Assembly (NCBI GenBank): GCA_963803145.1
Contig: CAWDLW010000015.1
Location: 96,001-160,000, forward strand
DNA from: Methanotrichaceae archaeon
GTDB lineage: Archaea; Halobacteriota; Methanosarcinia; Methanotrichales; Methanotrichaceae
Direction of reading: 5' to 3'
DNA length: 64,000 nt
In this document: positions 10,181 through 20,292 of the stretch, piece by piece
How the letters are laid out: each line of letters begins with the position of its first letter
How positions within the stretch are numbered: position 1 is the first letter of the stretch
Position numbers and translations under genes: made by a program
Notes under the pieces: model-generated
Database searches by the model: none
What the model saw: the letters and a program-made list of their open reading frames with translations, nothing else
What the model was told of the DNA's origin: nothing

Positions 10181-11644
10181 CTATACCCCAAGTTTGAGCA
10201 TCTGCCAAATCTTCTCCATATCCAGGTTGGCCTCAACGGCATTCGCAAGCTCATCGAAGCCTTTGCCTTGAGGAAAGGCACAAACTTCTCTGACGAGGTT
10301 TCTGCGGCTATAGAGATAATCCAAAAATGCATTCCTGAAGTTCTCATTCTCGAAGATCCCATGTAGATAGGTTCCGATCACAATGCCGTTTCCTCCCACA
10401 GCACCATCATCCCCGAAGGCAGCTTCGTCTGAATGCTCTGTCACGCCCATATGGATTTCGTATCCCGAAATCTCTTGACCTTTAATCGCATTCAAAATCG
10501 GTCCGCTTCCGGTGACCTTCTTTTTGACTTGAACGGTCTTCTTTTCGTAAAGATCAAAACGAGTGATCGAATTCAAAAGGCCCAGCCCTGTGATGGTACC
10601 GTTTATATTTTCTATCCCGGAATCCACAATCTCCTTTCCGATTATCTGATAACCTCCGCATATACCTAAGATTGGCGTGTCTTTCAGCTCTAGTATCTGC
10701 CTATCCATCCCAGCGTTCTTCATGTCTTCTAGATCGGAGACTGTGTTCTTGGTGCCGGGGATTATGACAGCATCCGGCTTTCCTAGCGGTTCTCCTAGGC
10801 CGATGTATCTTACACGTGCATATGATTCCAATGGCTCGAAATCTGTGAAGTTAGATATCCGGGGAAGCTTTATGACTGCGATCTCTACAGCATCCTTTAT
10901 GTCTTTGCTTTTATGCTTCTTATCCCCCAATGAGACAGAATCTTCTGAAGGAATTGCTAACTCCAGATAAGGCAGAACGCCCAATATGGGAACGCCCGTC
11001 ATCTCCTCAAGTGATTTCAGTCCAGATCCTAGGATAGCGGGATCTCCGCGGAACTTGTTTATCACCAGGCCCTTTACAAGCTTCCTGATATCCTCCGGCA
11101 GAAGCTGGATTGTTCCAAAGAGGCTTGCGAAGACTCCACCACGTTCTATATCGCCTACAAGAATAATAGGTGCCTTCAGATGCCTTGCAACATAGATGTT
11201 TGCAATATCTCTATCGTATAGATTTATCTCAGCAGCACCACCAGCACCTTCAACGATGATATAATCATAGTCCTGCTCGAGCTCATTGATAGATCTATCC
11301 ACGTTCTCCTTCAGCCCTTCAATAGATCGGTAGTACTCCTCGGCAGATTTGTCAGCCACAGGCTTCCCTAGAACTATAACCTGAGATGTTCTGTCGCCCT
11401 TGGGTTTGAGGAGAATAGGGTTCATGAACTCAGTGGGTTCAATTCTTGCTGCCCAGGCCTGCACTGCCTGAGCGATACCGATCTCGCTGCCGTTTGAAGT
11501 TACCCAGGAGTTTAGACTCATGTTTTGTGACTTGAAAGGAGCGACTTTGCAGCCGCGATTGGATAGCAATCGACATAGTGCAGCTACGAGTGTGCTCTTG
11601 CCGGAGTGGGATGTAGTGCCGAGGACTATGATGAACTTGGCCAT
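10181..11644 (-). CDS. cobQ: Cobyric acid synthase
   Basis: GTTSHSGKS, PFKSQNMSLNS, MNPILLKP, DIERGGVFA, ISNFTDF, GICGGYQ, GTYLHG; ATG 11644 preferred as start. Confidence 0.96.
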   Translation of the reverse strand: MAKFIIVLGTTSHSGKSTLVAALCRLLSNRGCKVAPFKSQNMSLNSWVTSNGSEIGIAQAVQAWAARIEPTEFMNPILLKPKGDRTSQVIVLGKPVADKSAEEYYRSIEGLKENVDRSINELEQDYDYIIVEGAGGAAEINLYDRDIANIYVARHLKAPIILVGDIERGGVFASLFGTIQLLPEDIRKLVKGLVINKFRGDPAILGSGLKSLEEMTGVPILGVLPYLELAIPSEDSVSLGDKKHKSKDIKDAVEIAVIKLPRISNFTDFEPLESYARVRYIGLGEPLGKPDAVIIPGTKNTVSDLEDMKNAGMDRQILELKDTPILGICGGYQIIGKEIVDSGIENINGTITGLGLLNSITRFDLYEKKTVQVKKKVTGSGPILNAIKGQEISGYEIHMGVTEHSDEAAFGDDGAVGGNGIVIGTYLHGIFENENFRNAFLDYLYSRRNLVREVCAFPQGKGFDELANAVEANLDMEKIWQMLKLGV

Positions 11645-11854
11645 GATCGGTCTCAAATGCAATTCAAGTTTATTTGTCTTTTGGAAGGTGGAGTTTGGTT
11701 AATCCTGCTATATATCTCCTTATAAAGGACAAACTTAATTTTATAATTACCCAAAGTTATGACTCGAAAGATCCTTTAAGAACAGATGTAAATTAAACAG
11801 TAAATCAAAAGAAAAGGTAATACTAGGGATTACAGAAATAGAATTTTTCAGAGT

Positions 11855-12151
11855 TTATCCAAACAGCGTCCCCATCCCAGCCTCAGCAGCTTCCGATTGC
11901 TCCCTGAAGGCCTTCATCATCGCCTCCCCCTCAGCGCCCGTCATCTCCTTGGCAGTCGATTCAGAAAGCAGTTTCTTAGCCTTCTGGGCCAGATCATCCC
12001 GGGCTTTGATATACATGCAAAAGCCGTCCTTATCTATGCCCATGAATTTGCATTCCATAACCGTTGGGACGATCTCATCGAAGAGCTCGTCATCTAAAAC
12101 TTTCTTCATGGCCTTCTCGTTTTCCGTGCTGTAAAAGTAAACCAGTTCCAT
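11855..12151 (-). CDS. Hypothetical protein
   Basis: 98-aa ORF with GGTGA RBS, co-oriented in operon, protein-like composition ending GMGTLFG. Confidence 0.75.
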   Translation of the reverse strand: MELVYFYSTENEKAMKKVLDDELFDEIVPTVMECKFMGIDKDGFCMYIKARDDLAQKAKKLLSESTAKEMTGAEGEAMMKAFREQSEAAEAGMGTLFG

Positions 12152-12162
12152 TATCCAATCAC

Positions 12163-12360
12163 CTAAAGTTCTTCTTTCGCTTTCTTCAGCTGCTCAGTGC
12201 ACCGATCCATGAGCTCCGCCGCTTCTACTATATCCGAGGCGGCCTTTTTGCTTATCTCTTCTACCTGCCTGGCCCTCTCTCTGAACGATTTGCTGTGGCT
12301 CTCATTGTGCTCAATCCAGTGCTCCAATAGATGTTCAGCCTCTTCTTTCTTCAATTTCAT
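12163..12360 (-). CDS. Small helical protein with HWxxHNxxH motif (possible metal binding)
   Basis: MKLKKEEAEHLLEHWIEHNESH...; GGTG RBS before ATG 12360. Confidence 0.75.
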   Translation of the reverse strand: MKLKKEEAEHLLEHWIEHNESHSKSFRERARQVEEISKKAASDIVEAAELMDRCTEQLKKAKEEL

Positions 12361-12384
12361 TACACCGCCCACCGCATAATAACT

Positions 12385-12440
12385 TCAATACCTTCAGCGT
12401 CAATACCTTCAGCGTCAGTACCTTCAGCGTCAGTACCTTC
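12385..12440. repeat. 15-bp tandem repeat (~3.7 copies) overlapping the GGPP synthase stop codon
   Basis: TCAATACCTTCAGCG x2, TCAGTACCTTCAGCG, TCAGTACCTTC. Confidence 0.9.
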
Positions 12441-13410
12441 TGCCGATCATATAATCAGCGAGGCTTAGCAAAAGGTTTTTTGCAGGCGAGTCAGGAAGAA
12501 CATCAAGAGCGCGTTTGCCCCTCTCCACCAGATCTACAGCCCTAACCCGGGCATAATCTATTGATCCGCTCTTCTCAAGAACCGAAAGCGCAGTTTCAAT
12601 CTCTTCTGGCCCGGCATTCTTCCTGCCAAATACATCCAATTCGACCCCATGGTCAAGGGCATGGATTATTATCAGTGTCTTCTTGCCTTCTATTAAGTCT
12701 CCGCCTCTTTTCTTTCCCAGAACCTTCTGAGAGGCTGTCAAATCAAGGACATCGTCCTGAATCTGGAAACCCATTCCAGTAAGCCTGCCGAACTCATCGA
12801 GTCCATGGATTATCTCAGAAGAAGCGCTTGATAGGATTGCACCAATGCTCGCTGATGCGCCATAAAGCACTCCTGTTTTCTTTTCAATCATTTCCATGTA
12901 CTCGGGCTCTGTGACGCGGGTCCTGTGCTCGAACTCGAGATCCAGCCATTGGCCTTCGCATATGGCTGTGCAGGTCCTTGAAAGCTTATCCATTGAAGTG
13001 AGAACCAGCTTTGGATCAACAGGCGTCATGCCCAATATTTGGAAAGCCTTGGAATAGAGCGTATCGCCTGCAAGAATTGCACCAGATGCTCCCCAGAGCG
13101 TATGTACAGCCGGACGACCTCTGCGGATGTTTGCATTATCCATTATATCGTCGTGGATAAGGGTGAAGTTATGCACAAGCTCAATTGAGATTGCCGCAGG
13201 CATAAGCACTGTTGGATCTCCGCCCGTAGCTTCAGAAGCAATCAAGAGCATCGAAGGCCTGAGCCTCTTTCCGCCAGCATCAACTAGATGTCTGCTGGCT
13301 TTGTATAGCTCTTCTGGGTGCGCTATCGGCAGAAGCTTTTCTATCGCGTAGAATATAGGGGCAGCACGCCTCTCCAGCTCTTTATCGATCATCATTTCAG
13401 CCCTAATCAA
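12430..13410 (-). CDS. idsA: Geranylgeranyl diphosphate synthase
   Basis: GGKRLRP, IHDDIMD..RRG (FARM), FQIQDDVLD (SARM). Confidence 0.92.
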   Translation of the reverse strand: MIRAEMMIDKELERRAAPIFYAIEKLLPIAHPEELYKASRHLVDAGGKRLRPSMLLIASEATGGDPTVLMPAAISIELVHNFTLIHDDIMDNANIRRGRPAVHTLWGASGAILAGDTLYSKAFQILGMTPVDPKLVLTSMDKLSRTCTAICEGQWLDLEFEHRTRVTEPEYMEMIEKKTGVLYGASASIGAILSSASSEIIHGLDEFGRLTGMGFQIQDDVLDLTASQKVLGKKRGGDLIEGKKTLIIIHALDHGVELDVFGRKNAGPEEIETALSVLEKSGSIDYARVRAVDLVERGKRALDVLPDSPAKNLLLSLADYMIGRRY

Positions 13411-14743
13411 TCAGTAGCTCTTGGCCATTTCTGACCAGATGAACATTTGAGCCCAAGCTGTAGCCGGTCTCCTCGGCCATCATGAGATATTGCCCATGCG
13501 TCGCCAGAGTTCCATGGCTAGGTATTACATGCTCAGGGTTTATCATCCTCAGGAGCTCCCAATGATCCTCGCGGCAAGCATGGCCAGAGACATGGATATT
13601 ATCGTAGATTCGAGCGCCTCGCATCTTGAGCTTTGTCTCGATCGTGTGGCGGTTAGATATATTCAGTGGCTGGGGTATTATACCAGCACTGAAGATCACC
13701 TTATCGCCGGATTCCACCAAGTAATCAGTTTCTCCATTCGCCACCCTGCTCATAATTGCTCCGGGCTCACCCTGATGGCCTGTCATTATAGGCAGGTACT
13801 TATCCTTTCCCTCGTTCATGATTCTCTTCATCGCCTTGTCTATATTCTTTCGGCGACCGTAGACCAGCAGGTCGTCATTTTTCTCCGCATAACCTGTTCT
13901 TACAGCGGTGTTCCAGTATTTCTCCATCGACCTGCCGAGAAGCACAGGCTTTCGGCCCATTTTACGAGCGGCCTCGATTATAGCCTTAATTCGGGCTATA
14001 TGTGATGAGAATGTAGTGACCAATATGCCCGATTTCGACTCCTCTGTACCGATGAGCACATCCCAGACTAGGTCCTTGGCTATCTGTTCTGATGGCGTCT
14101 TGCCTGATATTCCAGCATTTGTTGTCTCTGTTATAAGTGCGAGCACCCCATTCTTTCCAATAGCTCGCAGCCGTGCGAAATCCGGAGGCTCACCGATAGT
14201 CGGGGACCTGTCGATCTTAAAATCATTGGCGTAAAGTATAGTCCCCTTGGTAGTGTGGATGGCAGCAAAAACACAGTCAACTATGCTGTGCTGCACTCTG
14301 ACGAACTCGAGTTCAATGTCGTCTGTGACCTGATGGCTCTTGCCCGCCTCCATAGTTATGACAGGATTATTCACTCCGAAGATCTTCTCGGACTTGATCT
14401 CTTGATTAATGAGATCTGATGTGAATGGCGTGGCAATAATTGGCGCCTTATATTTATGCGCCAGCTTGGAGATCGCACCTATATGATCCAAGTGACCATG
14501 AGTACAGGCGATCGCCCTCACTTTGCCGTTCACGTTTTGCATTATGCTATCATCAGGTATAGCCCCCATGGCAATCAAGTCCGCTGAATGAAGCGTCTCG
14601 ACATCTGTATCCTCATGGATCTGGACTCGGTCGAGCCTGATGCCCATATCCATGATAATGATATCATTACCTATTCTAATGGCGGTCATGTTGCGACCAA
14701 CTTCGTCGTAGCCGCCAACCGCTATAACTGCTATATCGTTCAT
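13403..14743 (-). CDS. rnj: Ribonuclease J (beta-CASP)
   Basis: GGYDEVGRNM, THGHLDHIG, FSSHIAR, GHQGEP, HVSGHA. Confidence 0.93.
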   Translation of the reverse strand: MNDIAVIAVGGYDEVGRNMTAIRIGNDIIIMDMGIRLDRVQIHEDTDVETLHSADLIAMGAIPDDSIMQNVNGKVRAIACTHGHLDHIGAISKLAHKYKAPIIATPFTSDLINQEIKSEKIFGVNNPVITMEAGKSHQVTDDIELEFVRVQHSIVDCVFAAIHTTKGTILYANDFKIDRSPTIGEPPDFARLRAIGKNGVLALITETTNAGISGKTPSEQIAKDLVWDVLIGTEESKSGILVTTFSSHIARIKAIIEAARKMGRKPVLLGRSMEKYWNTAVRTGYAEKNDDLLVYGRRKNIDKAMKRIMNEGKDKYLPIMTGHQGEPGAIMSRVANGETDYLVESGDKVIFSAGIIPQPLNISNRHTIETKLKMRGARIYDNIHVSGHACREDHWELLRMINPEHVIPSHGTLATHGQYLMMAEETGYSLGSNVHLVRNGQELLID

Positions 14744-15828
14744 TTTGACAACTCTCTGTAAATAGAAAAATTTCTTGCATCGTAGTCACGTAGATCAAAC
14801 CATTCCTTAGTCCTTCCAAAAACTACGAAGGGTATCTTCTCTAGATCCGCTAGGTCTTTACAGCCTGTAAGAAACATTGAGATTTTTAGCGCTCTTAGAT
14901 ATGCCTTCATGTTATCCAAGACAAATTGAGAACCTCTAGTTGCAGGTGCGAGCATTGGAAGGGCAGTTCCAGCCAGACTTGCTCCCAGAGCCAGACTTTT
15001 GGCTACATCTAAGCCACTTCTAACTCCACCAGATGAGATCACTTCAGCCCCTGAGCGTTTGCATTCGACTATACTCACGGGCGTTGGTATTCCCCAGCTC
15101 CAGAATAGCCTTCCCATCTGCTCGGATTCGAAATCTTCAACTTCCTCAGCCCTATATGCTTCAACCCCAGACCAGCTTGTACCTCCGACGCCTGAAACAT
15201 CAATGATCTTAACTTTAGCCTTGACAAGTTCTAACGCTGTCTCCCTAGATATACCTGCGCCGGTCTCCTTTACAATTATTGGAATACGGCCAATTGCAGC
15301 AGATCTTATAGACTCCAGAACTCCGGAAGCATCTTTATCACCCTCCGGTTGGATGCTCTCTTGTAGGAAATTTAAATGAACCGCTATTGCATCAGCATCA
15401 ATCATTTCTGCGAGGCGTTCGAGGATTTCGGGGCCAGATCTTCGAAGCTGTACAGCGCCGATATTTCCAATAATCGGAATGTCAGGGGCAGCATCTCTGA
15501 CTGCTGAGAAAGTATCCACTTGTTTAGGATCCTCGATTGCTGCCCTCTGGGAGCCTATGCCCATAGCTATTCCCATCTCCTGTGCAGCTCTTGCGAGGTT
15601 TAGGTTTATCTCCTTCGTATCCGGATGGCCGCCCGTCATGGCGCTGATGATGATAGGGGCATTGACCTTTTTGCCAAGGAAGCTGCAGCTCGTATTAACC
15701 TCAGATTCGCTTATCTCAGGCAGAGCTTTATGGATTAATACAACATCATCAAATGGCCTATACTTAGATTCAACATCCTTCTCAAGGCAGATCCTAATAT
15801 GATCCATCTTTCGCTCAGATGTCGTCAT
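14740..15828 (-). CDS. fni: Type 2 isopentenyl-diphosphate isomerase
   Basis: RKMDHI, SAMTGG, GSQRAA, HLNFLQE.IQPEGD, VKETGAG, GGTSW. Confidence 0.96.
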   Translation of the reverse strand: MTTSERKMDHIRICLEKDVESKYRPFDDVVLIHKALPEISESEVNTSCSFLGKKVNAPIIISAMTGGHPDTKEINLNLARAAQEMGIAMGIGSQRAAIEDPKQVDTFSAVRDAAPDIPIIGNIGAVQLRRSGPEILERLAEMIDADAIAVHLNFLQESIQPEGDKDASGVLESIRSAAIGRIPIIVKETGAGISRETALELVKAKVKIIDVSGVGGTSWSGVEAYRAEEVEDFESEQMGRLFWSWGIPTPVSIVECKRSGAEVISSGGVRSGLDVAKSLALGASLAGTALPMLAPATRGSQFVLDNMKAYLRALKISMFLTGCKDLADLEKIPFVVFGRTKEWFDLRDYDARNFSIYRELSK

Positions 15829-16577
15829 GCAGATCTCCGCACAATGGTTCCAACATGCTCGCCCTTTAGCGCCCGTGTGATCAAACCCTCTTTTGAGGCG
15901 TTGAATACAATCGAATTCGAGCCCGTGTCCGCAAGATCCAGAAGCTCTAAAAGTTTGCCTCTCATTCCGCCTGTAACATCAACGGCGGAACTTCCACCTA
16001 AAGCGCTGCCCAGCTCAGGCAATCGTTCTCTGGTTATCTCCTTCAGCGGAGCACCTTCGAATATCACGCCGTCTCTATCTGTGCCAACGGCTATAACCTC
16101 GGCCTTCAGAGCCTTTGCCAAATAAGATATAAGCTGATCTCCTGAGACTATCCCCGCGCCATGAGAGATATCCATTGCAACATCTCCATGGAGCACAGGC
16201 AAAAGACCTCTTTTTACCATCTCGGCTATCGGTTCAACGAAAAAATCCTTAATTCTACCACTTTGAAGGATCATTGATGATAAGGGATGAACTGGCATTG
16301 GATTTGCGCCAGCTTTGGCGAGTGCATCCACCACAAGAGAGTTCAGCTTGGCAACACATGAGTGTGTATTTCTTAGCCCTTCTGGATCAAACTTTCCTGG
16401 TAAACCGTACTTCTTTGCGGGCGCATGACCAAAGGAGCCAGCTCCATGGATGAAGATGAGATCCTCAGGGGACTGTACGATCTCCTCAGCGACACGCTCA
16501 ATCTCATTCATGCGAGCACTGGCAGGGCGTGCCTTATCAGTTAGTATGCTTCCGCCTATCTTCAGAACCTTGATCAT
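15825..16577 (-). CDS. ipk: Isopentenyl phosphate kinase
   Basis: LKIGGSILTDK, HGAGSFGH, LHGDV, SGDQ, DVTGGMRGK; located between mvk and fni. Confidence 0.92.
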   Translation of the reverse strand: MIKVLKIGGSILTDKARPASARMNEIERVAEEIVQSPEDLIFIHGAGSFGHAPAKKYGLPGKFDPEGLRNTHSCVAKLNSLVVDALAKAGANPMPVHPLSSMILQSGRIKDFFVEPIAEMVKRGLLPVLHGDVAMDISHGAGIVSGDQLISYLAKALKAEVIAVGTDRDGVIFEGAPLKEITRERLPELGSALGGSSAVDVTGGMRGKLLELLDLADTGSNSIVFNASKEGLITRALKGEHVGTIVRRSA

Positions 16578-16583
16578 CTTTCA

Positions 16584-17531
16584 TCACTCCAGCCTTACTC
16601 CCTCGCAACCTGTTCTAACTGAGAATGCGCTTCCTCTGGCCTGATGTATGGCAGTAGTTATGGATGAAGAATCCCCTCTTGAAGGCAGAGCGATTATACA
16701 TCCGCCACCTCCTGCGCCGGTAAGCTTTGCCCCTAGTGCCCCACCAGCTCCACGTGCGGCATATACAAGATCGCTCAGCTCTCGTGTGCTGACATTTATG
16801 GCTTCTAAGAGCCCGTGGTTGATATTCATCAGTTGCCCCAATTCAACAAGGTCCCCATCTTTTATTAGGGGAATTGCCCTAACGGATATGGTTCCAATAG
16901 CACTGAATATCAGCCTGACAATATCTGGGTAGCGCTGTAATAAGCTCTGAACTTTCTGCACCTCAGATCTTGTATCGTGCTGTCTCTCTGTATATCCTAC
17001 TACCATAACTATTTCTGGCAGATCTATCTTCTGGATCTTGTCAGAGACCTGCAAATAGCCTCCGTGAGTGGCAAGTGCAGTATCCATTGGGCTTGCCATT
17101 CCTTGTTGCACCTTCTTTTCAATATTATATGCCTGAGTTGCGATATCATCCTTGGATAATCCGATATTCATGTGCTGATTTAGGGCTGTGAGTGTGGCCA
17201 CAACTATTGCAGCCGATGAACCTAGACCCGCAGCAGGCGGGATTTCAGACTCAACCTTAACCTTGAGATCCTTTGAGCCGAACTCGTTTAGAACGGCGGA
17301 AACATATCTGACTGCTTGCAGCGCTTCTTTAGAATGGATTTTGCCGGTGAGAAGATCAACGGAAAAGCCTTTAAGCGTTAGATTACATGCCTCTACTTCC
17401 GTTCTGCCGGGCGCGCTTTCTATGGTAACTTTGGCACGAAGATCAATTGCAGAACCGAGTGCTGACGAACCTGAGACGACAGCATGCTCCCCAAAAAGTA
17501 TGATCTTGCCGGGAGCAGATGCTACAGTCAG
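16584..17531 (-). CDS. mvk: Mevalonate kinase (full length, CTG start)
   Basis: Frame open upstream of the tracked ORF: (L/M)TVASAPGKIILFGEHAVV...EIPPAAGLGSSAA; C-terminal KLTGAGGGG; GAGGGGG RBS before CTG. Confidence 0.92.
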   Translation of the reverse strand: MTVASAPGKIILFGEHAVVSGSSALGSAIDLRAKVTIESAPGRTEVEACNLTLKGFSVDLLTGKIHSKEALQAVRYVSAVLNEFGSKDLKVKVESEIPPAAGLGSSAAIVVATLTALNQHMNIGLSKDDIATQAYNIEKKVQQGMASPMDTALATHGGYLQVSDKIQKIDLPEIVMVVGYTERQHDTRSEVQKVQSLLQRYPDIVRLIFSAIGTISVRAIPLIKDGDLVELGQLMNINHGLLEAINVSTRELSDLVYAARGAGGALGAKLTGAGGGGCIIALPSRGDSSSITTAIHQARGSAFSVRTGCEGVRLE

Positions 17532-17543
17532 AAGAAGGCCCCC

Positions 17544-18338
17544 TCAAGTAAAGACTATCGCCCCGTATCCAACGACTTGGCTAAAGTCGCCTATCGCATC
17601 GCCACTCGTTCCATAGCGCAGGAGCTTGCCGCTAGTAGCGCCCAGGATGCGCGAAGCGGTGATTGTAGCTGCAATAGGGCCATAGCCGCAGGCAGTGGCA
17701 TTATATTTATAGACCCGGGCGTATAACTCGGATATGTCCATGTTAAGAATTGCTTCTATGAGCTTCGCGTCTGTCCGTCTTGCTACCTCTTGAGGCTCAT
17801 AATGGGTGAAGTCGCTGCTGGCTATGATTGTGCAATTGCGCTTGGTATCGTTGATGGCCTTCGCAAGAACCTCGCCAACCTCGACAGCAGTCTCCTGATC
17901 TTGGAGACCCATAGCTATCGGCAGTATCTTAAACCCTTGAAAACGGCTCTGGAGAAATGGTATCTGCACTTCAATGGAATGCTCATGCTCGTGTGCAGTC
18001 TCATCGTAATCGATTATGCTGCCAGCAATAGCATCAGCCAGCTCCTGATCAACTTCCACTTCTCCCAAAGGCGTCCTCCACGAATCTCGCGATAAAGCAA
18101 TTGGCGCGCCTAATCCATGATGATTAGGTCCAAGGATTATGTAAGTCTCTCTTTTTGGCAGGCGCGCATAGGCTTCAGCAGCCACGGCGCCTGAGTAAAC
18201 ATAGCCTGCATGAGGGACCACGGCCCCTAGGACCTGCAGCTCCTCATGGCTCACGCCTTTGAATAGCTCGTCTAGTTGATGCTTTAACGAAGCAGCACTT
18301 CCGGGATAGAACTGACCGGCTACAGCCGGAGACCTCAT
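17544..18338 (-). CDS. MEMO1 / AmmeMemoRadiSam protein B
   Basis: MRSPAVAGQFYP, PHAGYVYSG, GPNHHG, EHSIEVQ, SSDFTHY, CGYGP. Confidence 0.93.
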   Translation of the reverse strand: MRSPAVAGQFYPGSAASLKHQLDELFKGVSHEELQVLGAVVPHAGYVYSGAVAAEAYARLPKRETYIILGPNHHGLGAPIALSRDSWRTPLGEVEVDQELADAIAGSIIDYDETAHEHEHSIEVQIPFLQSRFQGFKILPIAMGLQDQETAVEVGEVLAKAINDTKRNCTIIASSDFTHYEPQEVARRTDAKLIEAILNMDISELYARVYKYNATACGYGPIAATITASRILGATSGKLLRYGTSGDAIGDFSQVVGYGAIVFT

Positions 18339-18341
18339 AGA

Positions 18342-18962
18342 TCAAAACTCCATCTCGAAATCTGAGATCGTATACTTGAACCTGCTCTCCTCGCCACGCT
18401 CGCGTAGCACCTGGCGGGCCAAGAGCCAGTAAATGAGCGTTAATGCCTTTCTGCCTTTATTGTTCGTTGGTAATACTAGATCGACATTCGATGTCATGTT
18501 GTTGGTATCGCAGAGGGCGATGACAGGAATACCCGCATCCACTGACTCATTGACCGCTTGGGCATCGCCGCTTGGATCAGTTGCTATGAGCGCATCGGGC
18601 TCGAGGAAGCCTTTGAAAGCCGGATTTGTCAGCGTATTGGGAATGAACCTTCCGACGTTTGCAATGGCTCCAATGGCTTTTGCGAACATTGTTGCTGGCC
18701 TTTGTCCATACTGCCTTGCAGATACTACTAATATCTTCGATGGTTCGTAATTTGCAAGAAATTTCGCTGCCAAGCGAATCCTCTTATCAGTGGATTGTAC
18801 ATCCAAGACGTAAAGGCCATCGGTCCTTACCCTGTAGATATAGGGCATCATATCGCTCGTCTTCTGCTGAGTACCAATATGCACGCCTGCTGCGAGATAC
18901 TCATCAATTGGTATGAGAGTCTCGTATTCACCCTCTACCTTTATCACCTCATCTTCTTCCAA
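18342..18962 (-). CDS. rps2: 30S ribosomal protein S2
   Basis: [35 protein letters not shown]. Confidence 0.97.
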   Translation of the reverse strand: MEEDEVIKVEGEYETLIPIDEYLAAGVHIGTQQKTSDMMPYIYRVRTDGLYVLDVQSTDKRIRLAAKFLANYEPSKILVVSARQYGQRPATMFAKAIGAIANVGRFIPNTLTNPAFKGFLEPDALIATDPSGDAQAVNESVDAGIPVIALCDTNNMTSNVDLVLPTNNKGRKALTLIYWLLARQVLRERGEESRFKYTISDFEMEF

Positions 18963-18983
18963 CTAATTCACCTACCTGATTGT

Positions 18984-19157
18984 CTACCCGCGTTTTACGG
19001 TTATGGGTATTACGCCCAACTTCATCTCTTCAAGAGCTATTTCGAGAGGGTCAATAGATTTAGTATCGATGAATATAGGGGCGCCCATGAAAATCTGTAA
19101 AGCCCGTGCTCCGACTATTCTAGCACGTTCATATCTGGTATATTTCTTACCCTTCAA
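18984..19157 (-). CDS. rpoK: RNA polymerase subunit K (Rpo6)
   Basis: Manual translation (TTG start): [27 protein letters not shown]...PITVKRG; 57 aa, below the track cutoff. Confidence 0.95.
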   Translation of the reverse strand: MKGKKYTRYERARIVGARALQIFMGAPIFIDTKSIDPLEIALEEMKLGVIPITVKRG

Positions 19158-19184
19158 ATAGCCACCTCAAAAGGAAGAGCATGA

Positions 19185-19259
19185 TGGGGTTGCTGAGATT
19201 CGAACTCAGGTCACAGCGTCCCGAACGCTGTAGGATGGACCAGGCTACCCTACAACCCC
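19185..19259 (-). tRNA. tRNA-Pro(CGG)
   Basis: GGGGTTG/CAACCCC acceptor stem, anticodon arm CAGCG-TTCGGGA-CGCTG, T-loop GTTCGAATC. Confidence 0.95.
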
Positions 19260-19270
19260 CTTTTCCCTTT

Positions 19271-19456
19271 TTACTGGTACCGCCTGAGCGTTTCAACTAT
19301 CTCCACGTGGGAGAGCAGCATACGCCTGCAACAGTATCGCTCTATGCCCAGATCATCGAGGACTTTGCCGGAAGGCTCTGTTTTTGTGCGCTCCCGAAAC
19401 TCCTCCCAAACGTGAGAGATAACTTTTCCGCAAGAGAAACATCTGACTGGAATCAA
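19271..19456 (-). CDS. rpoN: RNA polymerase subunit N (Rpo10)
   Basis: [11 protein letters not shown]...[12 protein letters not shown]. Confidence 0.97.
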   Translation of the reverse strand: MIPVRCFSCGKVISHVWEEFRERTKTEPSGKVLDDLGIERYCCRRMLLSHVEIVETLRRYQ

Positions 19457-19462
19457 GCCCTT

Positions 19463-19861
19463 TCACCTATAGGACTTCTGGTACTTGGCCCTAGCACCGC
19501 GTCCACCGAACTTTTTCTTCTCCTTCTGTCTATGATCGCTAACAAGAAGATTTCTGTCGTACTCGGAGTAAGCCTCCTTGAGACCTGTATCGCCCGTCCA
19601 CTCGACAATGCCTTTGGCGATAGCTGTTCTGATGGCATCAGCCTGGCCTATGGTTCCGCCGCCGCCAACAGATACATCGATATCGATTCCTTTAACGAAG
19701 TCACCAGCCAGCAGCACCGAATCCATGATCTTAAGCCTAGCAAGCTTCGGCTCATAGATCTCCAGGGGTACCTTGTTGATCCTAACTCTACCCTTTCCAT
19801 CCTTCAGGGCAGCCCTTGCAGTTGCCGTCTTCTTCTTGCCTGATGTATTGATTAATTTCAT
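19463..19861 (-). CDS. rps9: 30S ribosomal protein S9
   Basis: [34 protein letters not shown]. Confidence 0.97.
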   Translation of the reverse strand: MKLINTSGKKKTATARAALKDGKGRVRINKVPLEIYEPKLARLKIMDSVLLAGDFVKGIDIDVSVGGGGTIGQADAIRTAIAKGIVEWTGDTGLKEAYSEYDRNLLVSDHRQKEKKKFGGRGARAKYQKSYR

Positions 19862-19871
19862 AACGACCCCA

Positions 19872-20288
19872 TTAGAAGCTTGAACCGAGCCTCTTGCTTA
19901 GATCTCCAAGCTCGATAAAGTTGATTGTACTTGTCTCTCTCATCTTCGCTGCCTCAGGCTGCTCAAACTGTTTACCCTTAAGCTCCTTTGGAACACCAAT
20001 ATAAACCCGCAGCCTCGACATAGCATCTCTTCCACGCCTGAGCTTATATGGAAGCATTCCCCGCACAGTCCGGAGGAATATCATTTCAGGGCGTCTGGGG
20101 TAATAGGGCCCTCTTTCTTTGGTTCCCCTATGCCTGCGTGTCAAGTATTTATCATAAATACTATCACGGCTACCGGTTATTATAGCCTTATCAGCATTGA
20201 TGATATGAATTTCCTCTCCAGCAAGAAGGCGCGAAGCTGTAACACTTGCCAGTCGTCCCAGAACTAGTCCAGTTGCATCTACTATCAT
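19872..20288 (-). CDS. rpl13: 50S ribosomal protein L13
   Basis: [21 protein letters not shown]. Confidence 0.97.
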   Translation of the reverse strand: MIVDATGLVLGRLASVTASRLLAGEEIHIINADKAIITGSRDSIYDKYLTRRHRGTKERGPYYPRRPEMIFLRTVRGMLPYKLRRGRDAMSRLRVYIGVPKELKGKQFEQPEAAKMRETSTINFIELGDLSKRLGSSF

Positions 20289-20292
20289 TAGC

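Noticed and set aside
12385-12440. CRISPR array
   Set aside because: Units are contiguous 15-mers with no spacers; no cas genes in the window
16584-17201. Truncated or pseudogene mevalonate kinase (205 aa)
   Set aside because: The frame is open for another 110 codons with all motifs; explained by a CTG start
19181-19843. 220-aa plus-strand ORF and the many other antisense or overlapping ORFs in the track
   Set aside because: Shadow frames of tRNA-Pro, rpoN, rps9 and other well-supported genes
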